From assembly GCA_951406725.2 (NCBI GenBank), contig OX597816.1:121768001-121832000 (forward strand): a stretch of 64,000 nucleotides of DNA, in the 5' to 3' direction. The notes below the pieces were generated by a model that saw only the letters and a list, made by a program, of their open reading frames with translations, did no database searches and was not told where the DNA came from. This DNA is from Octopus vulgaris (taxonomy: Eukaryota). The first letter of the stretch is position 1, and every line of letters starts with the position of its first letter. Of the stretch, positions 1 through 13,450 are shown piece by piece. Position numbers and translations under genes: made by a program.

Positions 1-230
1 AAAATATCTCCTTCTGTGTGTGTGAGTGTATATCTATATACTGCCAAACAAACATGATTAATTTAACTCAAGATACTTTTTGGAGTCCCATTCTGATTAC
101 TTTCTTAAATACTTTCTTGTAAACTGTTTTTAACATTTTCTTAATATCACAAAGAATGTATATCTGTATTTTAATACTTTTGTGATAACCAGTACTTTAC
201 ACAACAAAGCTCATACAAAGCTTTACATCT

Positions 231-296
231 TTAGGGTTAGGGTTAAGGTTTTAGGGTTATGGTTAGGGTTTTAGGGTTAGAGTTTTAGGGTAGAGT
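231..296 (+). repeat. Degenerate interstitial telomere-like (TTAGGG)n tract
   Basis: ttagggttagggttaaggttttagggttatggttagggttttagggttagagttttagggtagag; about 10 imperfect units. Confidence 0.8.
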
Positions 297-1979
297 TATG
301 GAAAGAAGTGAAAAATGGAGAAATTTGAGGGGGGGGCAAAAAAGTTCTTTCCGAAAATAGTAGCTGAAAAACAGGAAGAGAAAACTAAAAGCAATAGAAA
401 TGCACGAATGATTATGGTGGTCATGAAGTAAACATGCTTCAGATACACTTGTTTATTCATACAAACGTAATTGAGATGAAATATGTCATAAATAACAGTG
501 ACAAACAAAATATACACCACCGGAAGTTGTTGACAAACAACAGCAGTAATTTTATTAAGCTGAATGCACGTCATTGATTGGTTGAAATTACCGAAATACG
601 ACAACTTTAACACAAAATGACTTTGAAAATAGAAACTTTTCTCAACAACACTAAGAGTAAAAGATGTTTTATATGACACATTCTATCAGTGTCCGAAGTT
701 TGAAAATGTTTAGTTGCAAAAAATTAATTTCTCGATCTGCCATTGAAAGGGAAAAGATCCATATATATTATATATATAACACACCTGTAATGATTATCAG
801 AAGCAGTTGTAAATCAAATTTACTACAATAAAGCAATATATAATGACCAAGGGTGATGAACTATATCATTGGACCCTGCCACAAGATTACGTGGATTTTT
901 GTTAGCCTGGTGAATGAACAGAGCTTATAAAGTATTTTGCCCTGATTGATAATCCCCCTTTACCTCTGTCCTGTTTTGTCCGTAATCTCCAGGACCATTG
1001 AAATGACTTCCTCAATATAACATGGAATATCCTTGACAGAGCCTCTCTTTATGCACATACTCTACCAGCCTACAGTTTCCATCAGTAGGAAAGCTGGCAT
1101 AATCTGTTGTCACTAGAGCTGTACTCTATTAATAAACTTAAAATCATTGGCTCCCACTAACCTGGATATAACACTTTAGACCTACTTGACCCATACACAA
1201 TGTCAATATATATTAGAGATTACTGTCACACAAATATATAACTCCATCAAATTGGTTATCTCCCCTTTTAGTCACTGCTATTGCTGAAATACTACACCCT
1301 TCAGAATGCAGATTGTCTGTTCTATCATGTGAAGCATTTAATGCAAGAACTGATACTACTAGGATAAGTAAGACAACAATGTGGCCTGAACTGACCAATG
1401 GAGGTTTAAATACTCACACCCAGAAACCATTTTAAATTCCTTTAATTCTGATACTAAATATCTGATGATGTAGACATTTTCTATGCTAATGAAACTTTAT
1501 GTGGAGCTGTATCAAACTGTTATTAAATACATGTAACTCTGCACTATTAATTGCCAAGTAAAAATAATACATTGATGATGATAATCTGAGGAATTCTAAA
1601 AAAGTAGATCTATAGCCAAAGCTATTCCAACCATAGCCATTCTCCCTGTTATCGGATGGATTCTCTAGAATTACATTATCCTATCTGCCTTGTTGGGATG
1701 ATTTGTGATTTGAGGGAGATTTGGCTACTATTTTAAGAGGTTCCTTCATTGTTTCACTTTGCTAATAGTATTTGTAAGTGCTGTTGGTAGCGTAATTCTG
1801 TATATTATATCTTTTTACTTATTGAAGCAAACTTTCTCAGTGACTTAGTAAATATTTTTAAAAAATTAATTCATAAATTTATCATCGTTTTTTTGTGGAA
1901 ACTTACTGATGCTTTATATATATGTATATTTAATAAGCTTTTTGCTGTTATTTCTAGTTCTTGATGTTTTTCTTTTCAG

Positions 1980-2195
1980 CTTCCGGGAGATGTGGCTCAG
2001 TATCAACTGAGACCTCTACAAAATGCCAGTATCTGTATTGTAATTAGTGGCAAAGCTGAGGGAACCACAAGGTCGCTTGCTAACCCTCTGAAACTTCAAC
2101 CAGGTTCTGTGTTTTTCATGTCTGCCAATGAAATTGTGACTTTAAAACTTGAAGTAGGTAGTATGCTCTTGTTCCGAGCTCATCCCAACCTATAA
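1980..2195 (+). CDS. MPI: Mannose-6-phosphate isomerase, final coding exon
   Basis: Polypyrimidine tract and AG at 1978-1979, then LPGDVAQYQLRPLQNASICIVISGKAEG...LKLQPGSVFFMSANEIVTLKLEVGSMLLFRAHPNL*, matching the C-terminal cupin pattern of type I PMI (SI....G...L..G.V.F..AN....L......L.FRA). Confidence 0.88.
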   Translation, partial: LPGDVAQYQLRPLQNASICIVISGKAEGTTRSLANPLKLQPGSVFFMSANEIVTLKLEVGSMLLFRAHPNL

Positions 2196-5100
2196 GTTGG
2201 TTATCTCTTGGAGCAGCGGGTTGGCTTATTTAGTAGGTCAGTGTTTATTATGATCTCCCAGCCACCCACTACTCGCCTTCTAAATGGTTAACTCCAAATA
2301 TTAGTAGCTGTTAGAAGGATTGTAAATTTGTGAGGAGCAACTTGAAGAAAATGTTGTATTGAGCTTAACAGCTAATTAGACCACAAAACCCTCTTCTTAG
2401 CTCCTTATTGGTAACTATGTTTTGGTAACCGTGTGTATTGAAGTTGCTCACTACATTGGAAAGTTTCAACTTCATCTTTCACTTGTTCTCTCCCTCTCTT
2501 TCATATACATACACAAAAACACATGCACCAAACATATAAACTTTACTATATAATTTTTTGATAATATCCATTCATTTCAAGAATGTTCTCACTAGTTATT
2601 GTCAATCAATATTAAGAGGAATTCACATTGAGGTTTTGCTTTCTATGTAACTTAGTTTTGATGGGATTTTTTTTCAAATTGGTATTTTCAATAGATTTTC
2701 ATAGATTGTCATAATTTTTTTTTTAAATTTCTTTTCAAGCTAAGAAAAAGTATGCTTTCAAGTTGTCTGTAATGGTTTTGCATCCACGGTAAAGCATTCT
2801 ACATCTTCTGTATATCTCTGCTTATTTGGAAGCTGATTTCTGTTACAAGTGTTTTCTAATCACCAGACCTATTGAATTTTCATCATTGTCATTCAAAGAT
2901 TTTCAGTTCTTTAGTATTAAGAAGTTTAAATCCAAATTTGTTATTAATTTTCATGAATTCTTTTTTATTTTTATTTATTGAAATTAATCAAACAAAATTC
3001 AAATGTGAATCTCAAAAATTAATATTTAGTATAATTATTGGAACTCGTCTATATCAAATTTTGTGCTTTGTTAGATATATTTATAATTTCATGTGAACTT
3101 TCTACTGCACCAGTTAACCTTACTTTATATTCATTTTTAAATTAAAAGAGTAACTGTTTGCCAGCTCAACTAGACATATTTCTTGGACATCTCAGTACAA
3201 CAGCTGGTACCTGATATCTTGAGAAAATTTACACATGAAATTTAGTCTTAAGTTTAGGGTTTTATTTCTACTTGCTTTCATATTTTGCTGGCATATATAT
3301 GTTAATTATATCGTCAGAATATTTTCTTCTAAAATATACCTGCCTGTTTCAAATGGGCTGAGGAGTATGCTCTGAGCCATTCAGTACTGCTCTCTCTCTC
3401 TTATATATCGAAATGGACACTATAGAATAGTTTAATTGTTCATCAGATGGATTCTGGAATATTTGAATAGGATTTCGTACATGTTGCGCTGAAATATTAA
3501 ATTTTATTTCATTCAGTGTGATTTGCATTTCAAGTTCATTTTGCAAATTAATATTTTATTGTTCCAGTTACTTTGTTTCATTCACACAGACAGACACACA
3601 CACACATACAGAAACATTTCAAAAAGTTACCATTAGTAGACTAAACTTAATGAATACTACTCTATAGTTGTGTGTGGAAAAATAAGATAATATACCTGCA
3701 AGAATGTTTTGAACATTTTTTTCTACCAGAATTTATTTTTTCACAGACATTTTTGTATTCTTGTTGTTAGGTTTATAATGATTGACAGAAAAAGTCAAAA
3801 ACTATTTTATTTTTAGTTTTTGTGTCTATTTTTTGAGAGCTATTAATTTCGTATTCTAGCTAATTTCTTATGTTGTTATTCCTCCGGAATGCTGCTTTTT
3901 CTGCCACTTCTATGAAGTTACTATTGTGAGAATATGTTAAAGTTTTGAAAAGAGAGGTTTAAAAATATTAAAAAAAAAACGCTTTGGAAAATGTTGATGT
4001 GCTATGTTGAACTTTCCAGTTGAATGATAATCCTTTATACACTAAGGAAATTATATCCTATTTTAGCTGGCTTTCAATTTGTTGACAGTGACTAAGGCTT
4101 TGATTAAGTTCAATTTTAGATTGCAGTCATCTCTGAATGTTTTGTTAATTTTGAACAAGTCTTTTATTACTTGACTTCTGTCAACTAAGTGTAACTCTCT
4201 TCAGAACATTTAATACTTTTTCTCTTCTTCCTGCTGCCTCCTTGTCCATGTCATCATTAATCCAAGTGCTGACAGGCACTTCCTTTTCTCCACTTCACTT
4301 TCAGTTGAGTGGAATTGGTAGAATTGTATATTTGGATTTAAACAAAATGATTAAAAGGTAAGCTGTAGCACTTTAAAAAAAAATCCAATCTTTTGGTCTG
4401 TTCATCTATTTTTCTGTCAAATGGATGTTTCTCTCAAGCAAAATGTTGAATGAAATAGCTATGTAGCTAGTGTTTATGATTCTTCTGTGGTGAAACAATA
4501 AATATTTGGATTGAAATATAAACAAACATCTCTCTGTTCAACTAATTCAATGTTTTTTACCAATGTTCTCCAAAAATTTTTTTTTTTTCAAATCTTTGAC
4601 ATGAAAATATTTGCTCTTGAAATAGTATAACACTTTCAACTAGGGTATCACTTAAAATGATAATTATAGAAGATAAGCCAAATTAAAATCATTTAAATAT
4701 TTATTGATGTAAAAAGAATTGTTCTTTGTCTTTAACATATTGATTATATTTGATATTTATTTTAAAGATATCTGTTGTAACTTGTAGACATGTCAAGTTG
4801 TTGTACTGAATAGCAGTGAAAGGAACGCAAGTTGTGAAGATTAAAAGTTTGTTAAAATGTACTTCTCTTTGTACAATTTCAACTTATTCTTCCATTTAAA
4901 GGAACTTTTGACATTCACATTAGACACAATTTGATAAAGAATTGAATCTAAGGAAAATGGAAACAAAATTAAGTTACTACAGGATGAGTCCATTACTAGA
5001 TTGAATAGACTTCATTTTAACAAGTTTTAGTCCATGCTGCCATCAGTGAGCCTCCAGTCTAGCACTTTTTCACCTACCTGACTTTTAGGTTAAATTTTTA

Positions 5101-8100
5101 GACCCATCCACCTTGGATTTGACTTCACTATAACTTTCCATATCTGTCTTTCCCCAGATACTTCCAATTGTATCTCATTACTTTTTCTCTCAGTAGGTGT
5201 CATTCAGTTTCATATTACTTGCAGTATCTTCTCACACTTCAGCCAAATCCTTTAATGCCCTTTTACCATCTCGGTTCACTTGTGCTTGGCCTTTCACTCA
5301 ACCCAAACATAAATACATTTTTCTTTCTTATCTAACTTTACTCTATAAAACAAGTGTAAACACTAACTTATTACTCTATTTTATTTATCTGAAAGTAGAG
5401 TTGCTAGAATAAGAACTGGCTGGAGAAAGTTTAGAGAACTTTTACCTCTGTTGGCAACAAAAGGCATCTCTCTCTGAGTGAAAAGCAGATTGTATGATGC
5501 CTACGTATGAACAGCAATGCTACAGGATTGAGAAACCGAGGCTTTAAGTGCAGAGGACCCATGAAAACTAGAAAAAAAATGAAACCAGCAACTTCTGATG
5601 ATAAAGAGAATTAAAGATTGAGCTTCTGTTGGATGTCTTTCCTGTTAGCAAGCAACTACTTTATAGTGTAAACTGGGTGCATTTCATTGTCTGACTAATA
5701 CAGAAAAGTGACTTGTAGCTAAATGAAAATCTACACTTAAGTTTTTTCATTTGACCATGAGCTCAATTTGCTTTGAATTGTCTATATATATTAAGAACAA
5801 GCTTAAAACCCCCACTCAGTCTATATACACAAGTCACCAATATCTGTATTGCCATGGCAATCTTAAGATAGTCATATCTGTATCCTAGTACAGCCCTTTT
5901 AGAGCCAGAGCAGAATGCAATGTTCATTAATTGCTGACTATCTGTAAAGCAAAAGTATGAACAACATAACGATACTGCTGACATCTGGTATAATGCCACT
6001 ACCACACACAAATCCTGGACTTTATAATAAATGAAAAAGGAAGAGCAAATCCCTCTGCAACCACTATTCCATAGTTTCTTTTACTTCTCTGAACTAAGTG
6101 CCAGCACTTACACCAAAATCATCTAACTCACCTTATTCATACTGTCTCTTAAACCAACAGTAAATGTCACAAGCATGGCCCCTTCCAACTAAATTTTACC
6201 AAACAAAAAAAAAAAAAAAACTTTTAGAATGTATTCAGAAGACAGACCTATTGTCTAGTGTTTTGTTTATTCCACTGTAGACCACCTCAAAGCATTCTTT
6301 GAATTCAAGCTTTAGGTCAATCAAAATCCAGTGGAAAAATTCTGAAAGCCCCCATTAGAACAATATGAACAGAGGCAGTGGCAAGAAGACACATTTGAAT
6401 TGTATACCAGAATTTCTATTCTGATAGAGGTTGAGCATACTGGTAACAGCATAAAATTGAGCTGTACTGGTTTTTCATAATTCTTTCTAGGATCCATCTT
6501 CAGTACATGACAAGATATTTTTTACTCCATGTGATTACTTTCTCTTATTACATTTAGTTGAAATTCACTACATTCTGGTGTCCTAACTAAGGTACATAAC
6601 TCTACAAAAGAGTGAAACCTGTTAGCAGTAAAAATAAGTATAAACATGGAAAAAAAACAAACTAAAATGATGTTTGTCTCCAAGTGTGGAGTCTATCTTT
6701 TAAATAATTTTGCTTGAATCCTTACAATGTCAGAACACCATAAATTTGTAAAGAATGAGAAGCAGAGTAATTAATCCATGCCTGGTACTTATTTACCTTA
6801 CATCATTCAGGATAAAGTATCAAAACAAAATTTCAGTTCAGAACAGAAACAAAAGTAAACAGTAAAACATTGTATAACCCTCTTATTTGTGTCTTACACA
6901 TTGGCTTCTTCCATAGGCACAAGGTTACACTTTTATGTAGTTTAAGGGGAGGGGAATAAAATGTTAAACATCATCAGGATTTCAACACACAATGTAACTA
7001 TACAAGGTAATACCACCCCACCCTTGGTTTTCTTCTGTACATGTAAAACATGCTCTTTGCTCATAATTTTCAGTTGATAGTTATGCTTGACAAATACATT
7101 GATATACTTATTTCATAGACTCAAAATATCACTTAAAACTTTCTTTGGAATGTTTAAATCCTCTTTCACTCAAATGCTTCAAACTCCTTTTAACTGAATG
7201 GCATTCAGTTTAGTTGATACATTACAGTCGTTGCCCTTTCCCCAGAGTTTCCCAATAAGGGAAAAAGGAACACTCTTGAGTTGTTTCTGTAGGAAGCAAT
7301 ACTGTAAGTATAATGGGTTCTTCTTCAGACCTGGTCCAAATACATGCAACAGAGTGAATTCTGTAAAAGGCACTCAAGAGCCAGGTGGTGGGGTTAAACC
7401 AAGCAAACGATTTAAGTACATTTATATTATATTGATTGAAATGGATTGTTTTTAAATGTAAACACTTGTAATCAATATTTGGGTTGAATTAACAATCTAT
7501 GCTTCAACAATTTAAAGTGAAGTACCAATGATTTAAGTGTCAACCAAAAGCACTGACAAGCATTTTGTCAAACGTTGAGTAAGATACATGAATTAAGACT
7601 GGTTTTATGTGTCTAATCTATCCTATAAAATTTTCAAACAAACATATAGAAACTCATAGATCAAGTTTGATTAATTATACCAATTAGAACATTCCTTGTG
7701 AATGTAGTCTTTATTTTATATAAGCAAGAAGCTTTACGTAATGTTTTGAAAATAACTTTTGGAAATTTACAAGACAGGAAATCTTGTAGAAAGAACGATC
7801 TGGTTGCAAAAACGTTATATTAAAGAAAAATATTGCAAGGTAATTTATTATAATATACAATCCTAAACTTGAAAAACAAAATAATTTACAAAGAATATTA
7901 GAGGATAAAGTTGTTTAAAAAATAGTTATTTTGGACAATAAAGATCTCTTCTTGCATGTACAATTAAACTAACATTTGGTTTAGTGTAAAGTATATACCT
8001 CATACATACACACACACACACACGCGCACACACACACATTTCATATACATGTAAATTTCAAATGTAGTCCCACCCCCATGATTTTCTGATTAATATATCG

Positions 8101-8818
8101 CAACAAATAACTATAGTCAGAATTCAGATAATGTCTTAACAGAAAGGAAGCAAAGTGTGAGATTGAATATACTTTTGTAAAGTTTGGACATGTCTGTTGT
8201 TTTAACACAGATATTTTTAATAGGAAGAAAGTAATTATTCTGCCTCATTAAGAATGTGTAAGGTTTTTTTTTAAACATTTTTCTGAAACACAGGAAAAGT
8301 AGGCTGAAATTAACTAACAAATTATATAAAAGAAAATGGTATTTTGTATCAGCACTTTTTTCCTTTCTACTTACTAAATGTGTAGCGAGAACTGGAGAGA
8401 GGGGGCAATGTTTTGAGAATACATGTGGAGGTGTGTGGAAAAGTGTGATCATGATGTCCTTTATTTTTAAATTGATTCTGAGGAGGGAAGGGATAGAAAA
8501 AAAAATTGATACTGTATGTATCAATACTTGATATCAGACAGGAGAATGCAAGTCATTATTCTTTAGAGCCTCTTTTGGCAACAAGAATTTCGAATGGTGC
8601 AATTTGTGGTATTTAATCTCAAAAGATTTCAGTCTCTCTGGCAAGGTTGCCTCAAACCAGGTGAGGATCACAAGAAATATTTTGATTTAAGTATTTAATT
8701 TCTGTTGGAGATTTTGAGTTATCATGTACTGGTTGTTCAACTAACCCAGTGAGAAGACCAGAGAAATATGAAATGTAAGGTAACCATAAAGTCCATTTTA
8801 AATCTGTGGCAACTGTTT

Positions 8819-8848
8819 TCAATGTAGTACACTACTTACATCCCACAT
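8819..8848 (-). CDS. WDFY2: WDFY2 final coding exon (MWDVSSVLH*)
   Basis: AG acceptor at 8850-8849, phase 0, completes the last WD repeat (..LIK|MWD), TGA at 8821-8819. Confidence 0.9.
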   Translation of the reverse strand: MWDVSSVLH

Positions 8849-9647
8849 CTGGAAAATAAATAAAGAATAAAGACCATAAAAATCAATGAAAATGTTACAT
8901 GTGTACATTCAACAGCTATATTATTTTGTTGTGTGTTTTTATGAATACATTTCCCATATATTCTGTACAAGATGTATATTTAGAAATGTATTTGTATTGG
9001 ATTGATTAACACTAATAAAGAAAAAGGGAGGTGGGTGTTTTATAATTGGCATCATTCTTGATGTTATGCTAGACTTATTTAAAATAAACTCATATTTAGA
9101 CATGATTAACACATGATATTTACAGGCCAACAAGGGAACCGATATACACCAACTCAATCTGCTAAGAATAGTAGTCAAACCTCTCATTACACTTTACTGT
9201 TGTACTAAAAAGAAATGAGATAATGTACATCTAAACATAGTGATGATATTCATAGTTGGAATACATTCGACCATCATGAAATATTTAATGTAATCTGATT
9301 GGCTAGTTTGCCATCTAAGTTAAATGTAGTATTATAGAGAGAAAACTCTCAGGGGCAAAGCAGAAAGAATCGAGACTGTACAAGCTATAAGGTTTTTAGT
9401 TCTCTGCTGCAAGGAAGAAAGTGAAGTTTGGTTGAATTTGCCCCTGATGAAAGAAGAAATGAAGTTGCATGGTAGAAAGAGGAAGGATGTTGACAGGTAA
9501 AGAAAGATGAGTGAGATGTAAGCATACAGATTCTAAGCATAGTTTGTTGCATGGGTGAAGGACAGCAGGGGATGCAAATACACATCAACAAGTGAAGGCT
9601 GTACTTGTGAGTGGTGATATTTTGTGTATGGGTGTGGATGTAAGCAG

Positions 9648-10518
9648 CTAAAGAAGAATTGAGTTCAAGTCATGAAGAAGTATCATGCCAAGGCAGAAAA
9701 TAAGATCCATTTCACCTTATAGTTGGGAGTAGAGAACTATGGTGAAAGACAATACTGGAGAAGGAAAGGTACAGAAAAGTGTCGTTAGGCAAACTGAAAT
9801 AGTGAACCCTATGTGATCAAGTGCTGTGGCATCAGATGTCTAGCAAGAACCCTTTAAACTGATCCAAATAACCTTTGACCAGTGTCACCTATATACATCT
9901 GGCTGCATAGCTGACATTTTATGTAATAAATGTGTCTAGTGGGACAGATGAAATAGTGATGCATAATGAAGGACAAATGCAGCATAGGGTCTGGGTTGAG
10001 TGTGCTGGGATGTGGAAGAATGATCGATCACTAAGTTATGAAGATTGTGGGTGTGTCAACAGGAAGGGGAATAGTGGGGTCAGACAAGGAGATGGAGATA
10101 CAGTAGGAAAATGCAGGAGAGGTAATGTGGCAAGATGGTAGGGAGGTAAAAAAGATGCAGTTGGTGATGGGGAAAATAAGCAATGAGGGCAGAGGTGCAG
10201 TTGACATCATAGTTGAGGAAGTAGATAGTGTTTATCATTTGGAGCTAACACACATGAAGTAGTGGACTATATGCTGATACTGAATCTCAGAATCAAGGCC
10301 ATAGATACGGAGGTGAAAGAATTGTGAGAGGGGGATGGCAGATTTTGTGTGAGTGGGTTGAGGTAACATTGAGAAATAGAAATAGAAAATAATGGGTTTG
10401 TAAAAGATACGGCTAATGGATATAGAAATGTCCAAGAAGTTTGTAGATGTGAAAAGAGATGACAAAGGTGATGTAGAAGATGTGCTGATACAGTCATCAA
10501 TGTAACGATCGCATAACG
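9648..10518 (-). mobile_element. Decayed Penelope-like element (RT C-terminal half plus GIY-YIG endonuclease) in the last WDFY2 intron
   Basis: Minus-strand fragments RYIDD (about 10490-10507), FLDISISI..IFYKP, HTKSAIPLSQF, HIYYIKCQLCSQMYIGDTGQRL and EMDLIFCLG...DLN*; frameshifted. Confidence 0.85.
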
Positions 10519-10731
10519 CTAGGATGAATAGTTCAGTGAATTGCGTGATGATTTGGATTTCAAATTACAAGCTGACAGTTGTTGCCCATCTTGATTCTCA
10601 AGGTCCCCTAGATCACACAGATTTTTCATGAAAGCCAACCTCAGACTAAAACAACAACAAAATATCTGCAAATCACAGAAAACAAACTGAAATGAAACAA
10701 CTATGGAAGTAGTTTCTATTTTATTGCATAC

Positions 10732-10840
10732 CTTAATAAGTCTGTCTTTACCAACTGTGAGGAGTCTTTTGCGTGTTGCATCAAGATGCATGTATACAAT
10801 ACTATGCTTGGCATCATGAAATGTTGCAAGAGGAGCTCTT
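10732..10840 (-). CDS. WDFY2: WDFY2 coding exon ([36 protein letters not shown])
   Basis: AG/GT bounded, 109 nt, in frame with neighbouring exons. Confidence 0.95.
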
Positions 10841-11239
10841 CTGCAATTAAAATTAAAAAATTGGCCTTTTTAAAAAGGAGAACAAAAATAGCCATTTGGA
10901 TTAAATCTATTTTGTCAGCTAGATGGGTTTTTTAAAACTATTTTTCAAAAGTGTAAAAATTACCTGTGTGCTTCAACATGCTCAAGATTTTGGACAGGCT
11001 AAGTAAAATAACTACAACTCTGTTATACTGGAGTTGGCTAACAAATCTTATTCTTGTGATGAAAGCAACATGGGAAAATTGGTATTAAAAAGATTAAAAC
11101 CATTGATAACAAGACTTACGCTACTATTTTACATTCTTTACTATGGTAATGTCTGCAATACAGCATATTGCTTTTGCATTAATGTTTTCAAATACACCCA
11201 TGAGTTGGAAGAATCTTCTCCAGTACAGAATCTTGCTCT

Positions 11240-11715
11240 TGTTTTCCTTTATCATCTTCATGAGGGTGAGATTCCTGAGATCATTTTTCACCACTTCATC
11301 CTCTGTAGGTTCCATACACTTGAATCACTTTGTACTCTTTAACCCAATTGTCATTCTCCATAGACATCCCAAGTCTGTGTGCCAGTGCAGTCGCCTTCTC
11401 CCTTACACACTATAGCTGATTCTTATATCTAGTTTGCCTCGAGTGCATTTGCTCCCCAAAGTTGATGCACACTAATGTTTACATATCCAACTGAATATGT
11501 TCACCTCATGTCTTTCTTCACATATTCTCCACATTCAGGGCCCATGTTTCTTTACCATTCAATATCATACTTTGTACACAAGCATGATATAGTCTACCTT
11601 TCACTGAGAGAGAAGGAATTCCTTTGTTGCCAGCCTCTTTACTCTGTTCTTACTCTGGCTGTGTACTGTAACATCCACCATTTCTAATTAGTTCAAAATG
11701 ACTAGATCTGACTTC
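11240..11715 (-). mobile_element. Highly decayed RTE-type LINE fragment; further pieces probably at about 12350-12640
   Basis: Resembles the RTE fragment at 20870-21415 (RRL.W.G..RM-type motif near 11360-11400). Confidence 0.45.
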
Positions 11716-11782
11716 TCACACCTATTCTACAATGTCATTCATAAAACATACAATAACATCATCAAAATTTCAAAGCAATGAA

Positions 11783-12170
11783 TATGAGGTGGTATCAAAA
11801 GCTTCCCAGACAAGTTCTGTAGCATACCAGCAGATGGCAGCACATGGTTGCGTGCATAAGGACCTTCATGAAGCAGTGTGCTGGGTGACATTGCTGTGCT
11901 TACTTCACAAGTTTTGAAATTTATGTTCTTGTGATCACATGTATGCTATAGTCTGCAAATTTGTCACAGACAGGAATAAAGAGCCAATGTAAAATTCTGC
12001 ATTAAACTTGGGAAGTCTGCTACAGAGACATTGAGCATGCCTTAGCAAGTGTACGGTGATGAGGCAATGGGTCGTACGCAATGTTTTGAGTGGTACAGGT
12101 ATTTCAAAAGTAGAAAATCCCTGGAAGATGATGAGCAATCTGGAAGACCTGCCATGGGCATCACCTCTGG
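11783..12170 (+). mobile_element. Mariner transposon 5' fragment
   Basis: TA followed by TIR-like tgaggtggtatcaaaagcttcc; HTH peptide YGDEAMGRTQCFEWYRYFKS.KSLEDDEQSGRP. Confidence 0.85.
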
Positions 12171-12914
12171 AATTGTAGTGTTGTGCATTTTAAACATTAT
12201 TGATCCAGGAACCTTTTGGTATAACCTCATAAATAAGCATTACATTTGACAAAAGTAACCTGAAGGCTAAATGGTTATTGACCATTTTAACCAGATAGCC
12301 ACCATATAGTGGTTCCTATATTTGGTGCACTTGAATTATTCCCTTTCTATTCCATGTATTCTCTTAATTCAATGAATTTTCATAGAAACATTTCCATGCC
12401 TCTTATCAGCATTGGAGAGGTTTAAGCACATTGCCATCATTATGTACATACATTTTGCCACTAGCATCCTGTTCATATAGACACACTCCTTTGCAATCCA
12501 GGACATGGCATGCTTCCAATCCATGTCACTACCACTTGATACTGTTTCTTGCCCCTCTGCTTCCTTCCATTCTTTACTGAGCTGTCAGTGAACTTTTAAG
12601 GCTCTATCTACTGTACAAGTATACCCCATATGTCACCTTCTACTCTATCAGGTATCATAGATCTGGTCCCCTTCAAACCACACCATACCAAACTAAAAGG
12701 AAAAAAAACTTTGGTTAAAGTAGTCTAGGTCTGAAAATTAAAAACAAATAAAAAACATGATGATCATGGCTGGAATGCTTTTGATCATTGGTCTGCTCGA
12801 TCGTTAACAGCTTAGAACTATAATTATCTCAGTGTCAGTATGTGAGACTCACTAACCTCGTTGCAATTAGACCAGTAATAAACACATCATACATTCAACA
12901 TAAAAGATAAAAGA

Positions 12915-13235
12915 CCCCCTTTGGTCATGAATGATCATGGGATTGCAGCTAGAAAATTACCCTCCGAGGCACAAGTCCGGGCAAGGTTGTATATAGAAGA
13001 CCAGCAGTTGCCCATGCATACCATCCTCCCCACTCCACACCACTGATGCTATCCAAGGAAAAGGTAAAAGTTGATACTGCTTGACACCAACTCATTTCTA
13101 CAGCTGAATGAACTGGAGCAACCTGACATAAACTGTCTTGCTCAAGAACACAACACAAAGCCCGGTCCGGGAACTGAACACACTACCTCATGATTGTGAG
13201 CCTGTCACTTTAACCACTGAGACATGTGCCTCCAT
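12915..13235 (-). mobile_element. tRNA-derived SINE with CORE-like segment
   Basis: A-box-like ctcagtggttaa, B-box-like gttcagttccc, then ttcttgagcaagaca; related copies at about 15716-15960 (+), 24060-24320 (-) and 29290-29610 (-). Confidence 0.75.
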
Positions 13236-13319
13236 ACATTCAACATACACAGCAATAAAGCTGGAATTCATAAAATAAATTAATAAGAAAGAAGGATGAA
13301 TTGCAACAGCCATACTTAC

Positions 13320-13450
13320 TCCTCATCTGTTATGCCAGAGAAACATTGATCACAAACACGTACTTCATATTCATAACCAAGTGGAGGAATAGTTGTCTTG
13401 TTACCACTACACTTGCCACACACAGCACGACCACACTTTCGGCAATGGTG
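13320..13450 (-). CDS. WDFY2: WDFY2 coding exon, FYVE domain ([15 protein letters not shown]...VRVCDQC)
   Basis: FYVE signatures HHCR.CG and RVC..C; AG/GT bounded, 131 nt. Confidence 0.97.

Noticed and set aside
296-679. 127-aa minus-strand ORF
   Set aside because: Hydrophobic low-complexity translation of AT-rich repeat DNA with no recognisable domain.
7198-7455. 85-aa Cys-containing ORF between the genes
   Set aside because: No recognisable domain or splice context; probably within the WDFY2 3' UTR on the other strand.
9445-9470. CTGATGA...GAAA on + near the PLE end
   Set aside because: No stem II or stem I pairing, and it is antisense to the PLE.
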